A DNA stretch of 64,000 bases from Octopus vulgaris (taxonomy: Eukaryota): the NCBI GenBank assembly GCA_951406725.2, contig OX597834.1, forward strand, positions 20,026,001 to 20,090,000. The letters are read 5' to 3'. Both the position numbers and the translations under genes were made by a program. Shown here piece by piece: positions 54,652 through 64,000 of the stretch (position 1 is its first letter; each line of letters opens with the position of its first letter). Under the pieces are notes generated by a model. The model made no database searches. It was not told the DNA's origin and worked only from the letters and a program-made list of their open reading frames with translations.

Positions 54652-55229
54652 CTACACATAATAATCAAAGTGATTGCAGTCTGGGGGGTTTGATGGCCAG
54701 ATTTTAGGGGTGATGTGGTCACAGAAATTGTCTGACAGCCATGACTGGGTTCTCCTGCTTGTGTGGCATGGTGCAGAGTCCTGTTGCCAGACACAGGGTC
54801 TTCCAGCAGCCACCCTCTTGACCCAGGGCAGCACTACTTCCTCCAGGCACTTGATGTAGGCTTCCATGTTTACTCTGAAGCTGTGTGGGAAGATGAATGG
54901 AGGCATAACATCACCATCACTGTTGATCTCTCCAAACACCATGATGTTGACTGGATGTTTGAGTTTTATCATGTCCTCAGATTGCACTGTCCCCAGATTC
55001 ACACCCAAACCCTCTGAAATGTTCGTATTGGAGCTTCTGGCACAAATGCCAAGCAGTAGAGCATGTTGTTTCCAAATTTCAGGCAGAGGGAATTGTGTAA
55101 AGTTGCTGTTTTTCTCACAGATGGTGCCCAACTGACCCTACTATACTGAGTAGCTGACAAAATTAAAAACAAACAATGTGCCTGCACAAAATTAAGCATA
55201 TAAAATGGTGACAATTTACCCACCACACC

Positions 55230-55232
<3 letters not shown>
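54652..55232 (-). pseudogene. Tc1/mariner DD37D (maT) transposase remnant with left TIR
   Basis: ORF contains MVFG..., WQQDSAPCH and WPSNPPDCNHFDY, with 37 residues between the second and third catalytic Asp; internally deleted; terminus TA-CAGGGTGTGGTGGGTAAATTGTCACC. Confidence 0.85.
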
Positions 55233-55277
<45 letters not shown>

Positions 55278-56403
55278 GGTGTAGTGGGTAAATTGTCACC
55301 ATTTTATATTCTTAATATATAAAAGGGCTTTCTTGCTGGCTTGTTATAAATTCTTCAATGTAAATTCATGAGAAAGGTTTTTAATATGGAATGATGGAAT
55401 GGAACAGGGGAACAGTCAATAGCTGTTGATTTATGCAACATGGCAACACATGCAGTAACAGCTGAAGAAGAACAAAGAGATAACAGTGATAATTTAAACA
55501 TGTCATGTAAATAGGGGACAGATGAAGGAGTAAGGAAAAATATGAAGGGGTCAACACGATGATAACGATGGCAGTGGCAGTGGTGGTGGTGGGGAGTGGT
55601 GTTAGGTACTGGAAACAAAGCAGAATAAAGAACACTTGAAGATGAGGAAATGGTTAAAGTCTACATAGTTCAGAGACGAAGTGAAACAAGTGGTTTTATG
55701 GAGAGTTACTGCTTTCTAAGGAAAACCTCATTAATGCAATACCGGTTGCTACATGTTGTGGAATGATTTGAGATTGAAGATGACACCAATGATGACAATG
55801 ACGACGACGGCGACGATGACAATTGGTGACGGTGTGTGTGGTGGGCGATGGAGTGAGGACGACAGCGAGGATGACGATGACGATGTTAAAGACGCGGAGT
55901 GTGAAACACAGTGTGTGTGGGTGTGGGTGTGTGCAGTGGTGGTGGGGAGATGCAGGTAAATCCATGCATTTAAAATCTTTGTTATGATGATGATGATGAT
56001 GATGATGGTGGTGGTAGTGGTGGTAATGCTGCAACCGCTAATGAGGATTATGATGATGAAGAGGAGGAGGAGGAGAGAAACAGATGGAAATATTTTTGGT
56101 ACATCAAATTCAAGATTGACAACGATAATGATGATAATGAGGAGGAGGTGGAGGAGGAAGGGATGGAAAAGAAAAATAGGAGGAGGATCAGGGGGGAGGG
56201 GAGGAAAGAGAGAGAGAGAGAGAGATGGTCATATTGCTTGCGTACAAAATTCAAGAATGACAAAGGTGCCAATGATAATGACAGTGATGACAATGATGGT
56301 GATGATGGTGGTGATGATGATGATACACTGTGAAAGGTGGGAGAGAATATTAAATTCTATGATGGTGATGATGACAAGGGGAGAGAAGGGTGAGGCAAGA
56401 GAA

Positions 56404-56437
<34 letters not shown>

Positions 56438-56764
56438 GTATATTTGTTGGGCATAAAATTTTAGGTCAATAATTATGTTGATGATGATGATGATAACGAT
56501 ACCGAGAGAGAGAGAGAGAGAAGGAGGAGAAGGAGAGAGAGAAAGAAAAGGAGGAGAGATAGAGAAAAGGAGAAGGAGAGAGAGAGAAAGAAAAGGAGGA
56601 GAGAGAGAGAGTAAAGGAGAAGGAGAGAGAAAAAAAGAGTGAGAAAAGAATCCTTGTAGATGGAAATCCTAGAACAATGAATAACTACCTTGTTGGCTAT
56701 AATGATGATGATGATGATGAGGATGACAAAGATGAAGATAAAGGTGGTGGTAGTTGTGGTGGTT

Positions 56765-57045
56765 ATACAGAGAGAGCGAGAGAGAGAGAGAGAGAGAGAG
56801 AGTGAGAAAGAGATGGTGGAGAGAGAGACAGATGATGAAGAGAGAGAAAAAGAGATGAGGAAGAGAGAGAGAGAGAGTGAGAAAGAGATGTTGGAGAGAG
56901 ACAGATGATGAAGGGAGAGAAAAAGAGATGAGGAAGAGAGAGTGAGAGAGAGAGAAAGAGATGGTGGAGAGAGACATGATGAAGGGAGAGAAAAAGAGAT
57001 GAGGAAGAGAGAGAGAGAGGGGGAGAGAGAGAGAGAAAGAGAGAA
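56765..57045. repeat. GA-rich ~70-bp tandem repeat
   Basis: 3 copies of gagaaagagatggtggagagagacagatgatgaag...gagatgaggaag. Confidence 0.85.
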
Positions 57046-57579
57046 CGCTTCCTTATACATAGAATTCTAAAGGATCAGATATTTGTATAAATGTGACATA
57101 AAACCGATGCCAATATGCAACGGCAGGGAACAAAACAATCACATTGCTCAGCATTGTTGTTGTTGTTATTGTTGTTGCTGTTTTTGTTGTCCTATATTTA
57201 CCAAACACTGTGTACATACAGGAAACACACACTCACACAAGTATATATGTATGTATGTTTAATGTTATGAACCCAACGGAAAGGAAGCAACCTGTACATT
57301 GGTGTATATTGGTGTGATCTTCGTAACATGAGTTATTGAAAATCTGTGCAGCTTTATTGTCCAGTGAAGTAGAGGGCTAACAAGGGAGAAAGCTTAATTG
57401 GGAAATGTAATTAAAGTTATCTCTTGGCCTACAGACCTCCGTACAGACCACGAATAACTGAATTAATTAACAGACCTTAATGAACAGGAGAGGATCAAAT
57501 ATGAATAAGGTTTCTCTTATACAGGTTCTCATATATCTATCTATCTATCTACCTATCTATATCTATCTATCTATCAATA

Positions 57580-57656
<77 letters not shown>

Positions 57657-57940
57657 AGAGATGGATAGATATAGATATAAATATATAAATATACATAAAT
57701 AGAAAAGGGAGAGAGAGGGAAAAAAGAAATGTATATATGTATGTGCATAGGAATGAATGTATATATAGTTTTGTTATACTGCTTTCTCATGTATGTATAT
57801 ATATATACATACATAAGAGAGAGACAGAGACACAGAGAGGGGGAGACAGAGAGAGACAGACAGACAAAGAGAGAGACAGACAGACAGAGACAGCCAGATA
57901 GATAGATAGGTATAGACAGATGGAGAGAGAAAGAGAGATG

Positions 57941-57973
<33 letters not shown>

Positions 57974-58099
57974 ATGAGTATATATATATATATGTGTGTG
58001 TGTATGTATGTGTGTGTGTGTAAATATATCTATGTATGCATTTATCTATCTGTCTATCTATCCATCCATTCATTCTTCCATCCATCCATCCAGCTATCC

Positions 58100-58132
<33 letters not shown>

Positions 58133-58195
58133 TATATATGTCTGTCTGTCTCTATATCTATCTGTCTCTCTCTATATCTATCTGTCTCTCACTCC

Positions 58196-58256
<61 letters not shown>

Positions 58257-59579
58257 TGCATAAATGTTTGTATGTACATATATGTGTATATATATATATA
58301 TGCATAAAAATGTTTCTTTGTATAAATGTGTGTGTGTGCATGTGTATAAAATGTGCCAGTTGTGTTTGATTGTCAAAAGTCATAGCTCTCTAGGGCTGAG
58401 ATGTTAGAAGCACTAATGTGTTGGCATTTATTACATACCGTTTTTTTCATTCTCATTCGTGACTTTCCTTGCTTTCCACATTTGTCTCAGAGTCAAGTGG
58501 GGACTGTTAATTTAATCATGTTTGGTTGTGATGGAATAATTCTCTGCAAAGAATTTTGGCAAGTTTCAAACTTCTTGTTAGGAATATTGCTTTTTGGGGA
58601 AAATTGAGAGCTTCTCATGTAGAATTGGATCAACAGGCAATTGAGCTAAGAATATGTTTCCAAGGTGATCCAAAGAGGAAAAAACAATTCTGTTTATATG
58701 GCTTTGTGAATCATTGTACTGTCACCTTGCCAACAAAAGCAAAAGAAAAAAAAGAAAGCCATTTAATTTTCGACCCCTTATTCTCTAGCATAAAGCTCCC
58801 CACCTTGTGTTTTGGGGTCCAGCAAGCTACAAGGCAACCTCACTTGTGCTGATGGCATGAGGAATACATCCAGTGCAGTCTGTAAAGAGGTGTGTGTTAG
58901 GATGGGTATCCAGCCAGAGAAAATAGGCCAAAGCAGATACTGGGCCACAATGCTATTCGGGGGCCTGTTGAATCCTGCCATACCATGCATCTCATGCCAG
59001 TATGGATCTCAGATGTTAAATGATGTTGATGTTTGCTTTATATTTATCTTTGAATTAAAATCATGAAAATTAAATTAAAGTCATAAAAATTAAATTAAAA
59101 TCAAGGAAAAGAACTCTAAATGGTGTAATGAAAGATATTTTGGAGGATATAAACATAGAAAGAAAAGTGAAATATAGACAAGCAACAACTGGCACATGTG
59201 TTTATAAGCTCAATCAGTTAGGATTTTCCCCCAAAATATCAATATAAGAACAGTCACTTGCTATGTGTGTATGTAGCCATGCAACAGTATAATAAATTAT
59301 TATTTTGTGAGTTCAAAATCTCTAAATGAGCCAGAGGAAGGCAGTAAAAGAACACACTAAGGAACAGTCTTGAATTTCTTCTTTTATACCAATGTTGTTG
59401 CTCAGCCTGAGTTAAGTCAGGGCTAAGATTCAGCAGAAGATAGAGGCATTGGGAACAAGTTGCTATTGCAGTATCTTAGTTGCTTCGTACACTGACTTTG
59501 TCATGAATGAGCAGGTTTGCAAAACCATCCTGCATTCAAAGCATGCATAAATGAATTAAACAAATATGTATATGAATAT

Positions 59580-60032
59580 ATGTGAAGTATACTAGCCATC
59601 TAAATGTGGCTAACCACTAAGGGTGGATGTTACTGTAGCTTGTAGCCCCAGGAGGATGCCTCCTCCAGCTGGCTATTGACATACTTTCTGTACCCTATTG
59701 GTATTTGCCAAGGGAGGTCATCCTTTCCTCGTCAACCTAAGTGATACACACAGACTGCAGTTTCTGGATATTGACCCGTCATCAGCGCATGACAATCACT
59801 GGTTTTCGATGGAAGGGTCCCAATGCAAATACATATATCCTTTTTCCAGTGACTTTTCATCACTGATCTTGAAAAAGTGTAAACAAGCAATAATAAATTT
59901 CTGAACAAGGTATAGACAGTCACTGCACGACAATGTGAAGTATATTTGCCATCTAAATATGGTTAACCACTAAGGGTGGATGTTATTGTAGCTTGTAGCC
60001 CCAGGAGAACATCTTCTCCAGCTGGCTATTGA
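59580..60032 (-). mobile_element. Retrozyme-like / Penelope pLTR-like unit (353-nt period, ~1.3 copies)
   Basis: 100-bp direct repeats at 59580-59679 and 59933-60032 (~90% identical) enclosing an HHR; no meaningful ORF. Confidence 0.7.
59747..59791 (-). ncRNA. Minimal type-I hammerhead ribozyme with intact core
   Basis: Minus strand: caugcg CUGAUGA c gggu-caau-aucc a GAAAC UGCA GUC^ugugug; palindromic stem III ACUGCAGU; GUC cleavage triplet. Confidence 0.8.
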
Positions 60033-60753
60033 TTCATGTTCTATAAGCAGAAAGCAGGGAGGTGTTCATGGTAGTCCTTCATAAATAGAAGTGAAAATAT
60101 AACCAAGAAGAAGAAAGAAGAAAATTCAAGGTAGTTCTTTACAGCTGTTTCAGGGATTCAGTGACAAATAGATGCAATAGTGTGCATTACGCAAACACAG
60201 AAACATTCTAAATTGGTTTTAACAAATAAATACGAAATAATCCAATTTAAAATATAACAGTATTGTCACCCATCACTTTTCTGAAAGAAAATATTAAACA
60301 GTCGATACACAAACCTTTACATAATACCATTGATATCAGAATGCAAGACAAACAGACATAATGATATATGAGTTATTATGACTACATGATAATTTCTGTC
60401 CATTCTTATTGTGTCTGTTAGAGAAATACATCAGGGCTTAGAAGAAGATAAATTGCCATTTCCCAAGAATACCAAATTACATGCATTGTATGTAAATTCA
60501 CAGTGGAACAATAACAGTGTTATCTTCATTTGACAAGAGCCCCTCACTTTGACTTGAATACTAATTGGGTGGAGAAACGGGTGGCGATTTGGGTTCGGAA
60601 CGATGTAGGGATTCTTTTTCTTGTTTTGTTTTTTTGCTATACTCCTCCCCTATGGTTTGAATTGCATGGAAATTATGTGATATTATGTTGATTGATGGAG
60701 AAGCAAAAAATAGACTAATAGTGAAATATATATATATAAAGTGAAAAATATGC

Positions 60754-60784
<31 letters not shown>

Positions 60785-61037
60785 AAGTTAAAAATATGCA
60801 TATATATATATACTTACAGTTGCATATATATATATACTTACATACACTTAATAGTTATATAAATAAAATTCCATTGAGAAAGTGGCAAAAACAATGAAAA
60901 TTTTGGAAGAAAAATATAAATGGTAACTGAGTGGAAATCAAACCAGTGAGTGTATTAGATTAAAAGGCATCAAAACAATATGACTCTCCCAAGACTCAAC
61001 ATAAATAAAAATACTTATATAAATATGAACATACTCA

Positions 61038-61269
61038 AAGGCGGTGAGCTGGCAGAATAGTTAGCGTGCTGGGTGAAATGGTTAGCAGTATTTTGTCAGT
61101 CATTACATTCTGAGGTCAAATTCCACCGAGGTCGACTTTGCCTTTCATTCTTTTGGGAACGATAAATTAAGTACCAGTTACACACTGGGGTCGATGTAAT
61201 TGACTTAATCCCTTTGTCTGTCCTTGTTCGTCTCCTCTATGTTCAGACCTCTGTGGGCAATAATGAAAG
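61038..61269 (+). mobile_element. Family B SINE with 17-bp TSD
   Basis: aaatatgaacatactca at 61021-61037 and 61270-61286. Confidence 0.92.
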
Positions 61270-61380
61270 AAATATGAACATACTCATATACATACTTTGC
61301 AAAATGAAGAAAATTTATAAATATATATATGCACACATACATATATAACATATACATACCTATGTAGGTGTGCGTGTGTG

Positions 61381-61575
61381 TGAGCTGGCAGAAACGTTAG
61401 CACGTCAGGCGATATGCTTACCGCTTTTCGTCTGTGGTTACGTTGTGAGTTCAAATTCCGCCAAGGTCGACTTTGCCTTTCGTCCTTTCGGGGTCGATTA
61501 AATAAGTACCAGTTATGCATTGGGGTTGATGTAATCGACTTAATCCCTTGTTTAGCCCCTTATGAGCAATAAAAA
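61381..61575 (+). mobile_element. Family B SINE
   Basis: CpG-rich copy with head and core. Confidence 0.88.
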
Positions 61576-61814
61576 AGAAGTATATATATAATACTTATAT
61601 ATCTATAAATATATACGCAACTACACATACATACAACACATGCATCATGCCTGATTATGTATAAATGTATAGTCATAATATACACACATGCATACATTAA
61701 AAAAAAAACTGATACTCCATCGGTTATGATGACGTGGGTTCCAGTTGATCTGATCAATGGACCAGCTTGCTCATGAAATTTAAAATGCAAGCGGTTGAGT
61801 GCTCCACAGTCACA

Positions 61815-61876
61815 AGTACCCACCATCATAGGTTATCAGGTGATGGTGGCGGGGACAAACACAGACACACAAAGGT

Positions 61877-61935
<59 letters not shown>

Positions 61936-62025
61936 TACAACAGACTTCTTTCAGTTTCTGTCTACCAAATCCGCTCACAGGGCTTTGGTCAGCCTGAGAC
62001 TACAGTAGAAGACACTTGCCCAAGA
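61815..62025 (-). mobile_element. Family A SINE internal fragment
   Basis: Reverse-complement match around the internal (TA)n. Confidence 0.8.
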
Positions 62026-62224
62026 ATATGTCATACCACACATACACACAGACACAGACAGACACACACACATACACACACACACGTATATAAATATACG
62101 CCCATATGCATGTATATCTATACTTATAACTATATCAATCTCTCTTTCTCTCTCTCTCTCTCTCCCTCCTCTTTCTAAATATATAACAAAAAAATAAATA
62201 TATAAATCACAGAGAAAATGAAAT

Positions 62225-62256
<32 letters not shown>

Positions 62257-62987
62257 TGTATATGCATGCACACACATATTTAATGCACTTTTAGCATAAC
62301 TTCTAAATAATGTCTCTGAATATTTTATCCTGTTTACAATTTATTAATTTATATAAATATATTTTCACTGAATTTAATAAAATTAAATACTATTCACTTG
62401 ACTGCTTATTATATGTAAATTATACGCGAATCAATGCCTATATATATGTCACCAAAAACAGAAAAATAACTAAAAAAATGTGCAGAAATTCTTCAAATAT
62501 ATGAAGCATGCATTCTTTGTCTTCTTTTTACTGCTAAAATATATTCCTTATTTCAAGGCCAGGCTCTCTGATTAACATTTGACAGTTGACAATATATTCT
62601 TTATTCTCTGATGGCATATTTACTATTTCTTCTGTTCATAATATAATTTTTCCAATCACAATAAATATTATGTCATAAATTATAATGGAAATTTTTTTTT
62701 TTTATCTCTTTCAAAGTATAAAATATTTTCACAAAAATTCCATTATCAGTTGTCTGAAATTAATTTTGAACCCTACTTTTCTAATATTCCATTCAATGAA
62801 TATGCCTTTTTACTTTTTTTTTTTTGTATAGTCGGATATACTTTAACAAGATAATAAAAATTTTATTTATATTTAATCTCATATAGCATAATTCATGCTA
62901 TATTCTTGGTAGTAGGAAGGCACATAGCCTAGTAGTTAGGGGTGTTCAGCTTGTATTCATTATGTCTTGGGTTCAAATTCAGTCTAA

Positions 62988-63215
62988 ATGAGTGCCTTTA
63001 ACGTGTTACCCACTTGGGTACCTTTAGCATGTCGTCCACATGGGTGCCTTTAACGTGTTACCCATATGGGTGCCTTTAGCGTGTCATCCACATGGGTGTC
63101 TTTAACATGTCCCCCACATGGGTGCCTTTAATGTGCCATCCACATGGGTGTCTTTAACATGTCACCCACATGGGTGCCTTTAACATGTCGTCCACATGTG
63201 TTCCTTTAATGTGTC
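62988..63215. repeat. 26-bp minisatellite (ccacatgggtgcctttaacgtgtcat-like), ~9 copies
   Basis: Regular 26-nt period with no spacers. Confidence 0.9.
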
Positions 63216-64000
63216 TCCAGCACTGAACCAAAGCCGATGTGGTTGTGAAGCAAGCCTCTTCAACAAACAAAACCAGTGCCTACATATACACATAGATATA
63301 ATTTCAAACTGAAATACTGTTCAAATAATATTTAGAAAACTTTAGAATTTCCAGAAAACTTTTGCCATTTTGTAGGTGTGAAGATAAAAGATGAAAGGAA
63401 TACATACACACACAAAAAAAAACAAACACCCACAAAACAAAATTGGGTGGAAGCAGATAAGTTTAAATGAGAAATATGGATACGGAATAGAGACAAAAAT
63501 AAATACAAACAAAACAAACGTGATAAAAGTAAAAAAAGAAAACAGAACAAAACGGATAACTGAACATTAAAAGATCAGTCTTGAAAAGATGAGATGTTGC
63601 AAAACATGTTGATATCTTTGATGATTTAATCCTCTCATAGATGTTACGTAGTTTTTGGCCTCACGCAAATATTGTAAAATGAAGAAAATGAAGATTGGAA
63701 TTTTTATCTTATTTCTTTATTTTTGCATAATTTGTTTTGTTTTGTTTTATTTTGTTTTTGAAATTTTATTTCTTCATTTATTTAATGGCTTTTTTTCTTT
63801 TCTTTTCTTTTTTTTTGTTCTGTCGTTATTTGAGGATTTATTGATTCTAAGTTCCATGTAGCTGTGTAAGTTTGGCATTGAGCCAGTGTCTTGAAAAAAA
63901 AAATTCCAAAACAAATAAATAACCAGATAAATAAACAAACAAGGAAGCAAGATAAGGTTCAAGACAGTTATTTAGTTCCATGTGCCAAAATGTAATTATT

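Noticed and set aside
55600-56350. His-rich or acidic exon-like ORFs
   Set aside because: Mixed triplet repeats, no consistent frame or recognisable domain; could be UTR-like but is unsupported.
62988-63215. CRISPR-like regular repeat
   Set aside because: Contiguous tandem units without unique spacers; eukaryotic context; no cas genes.

Overview
AT-rich, microsatellite-saturated eukaryotic DNA. Its SINE repertoire (a CORE-type OR2-like family, a Meta-domain-like family and a tRNA-headed family) points to a coleoid cephalopod, most likely Octopus; this assignment rests on recall, not a database search. No intact multi-exon gene can be read, and nearly all ORFs in the track are translations of simple repeats. 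The window looks like a very large intron or gene desert. It holds dozens of SINEs, RTE and CR1 LINE 3' ends, a DD37D (maT) transposase remnant, and mariner-, piggyBac- and hAT-like MITEs. The main hidden signal is a set of minimal type-I hammerhead ribozyme (HHR) motifs of the Penelope/retrozyme kind: three well formed and about six decayed, 8 of 9 on the minus strand. One lies inside a 353-nt partially tandem, non-coding unit resembling a non-LTR retrozyme. Short unique islands carry splice-like signals. The best is a 33-nt + strand microexon candidate (IPALTIKRAEG); the host gene and its strand cannot be established from this window.
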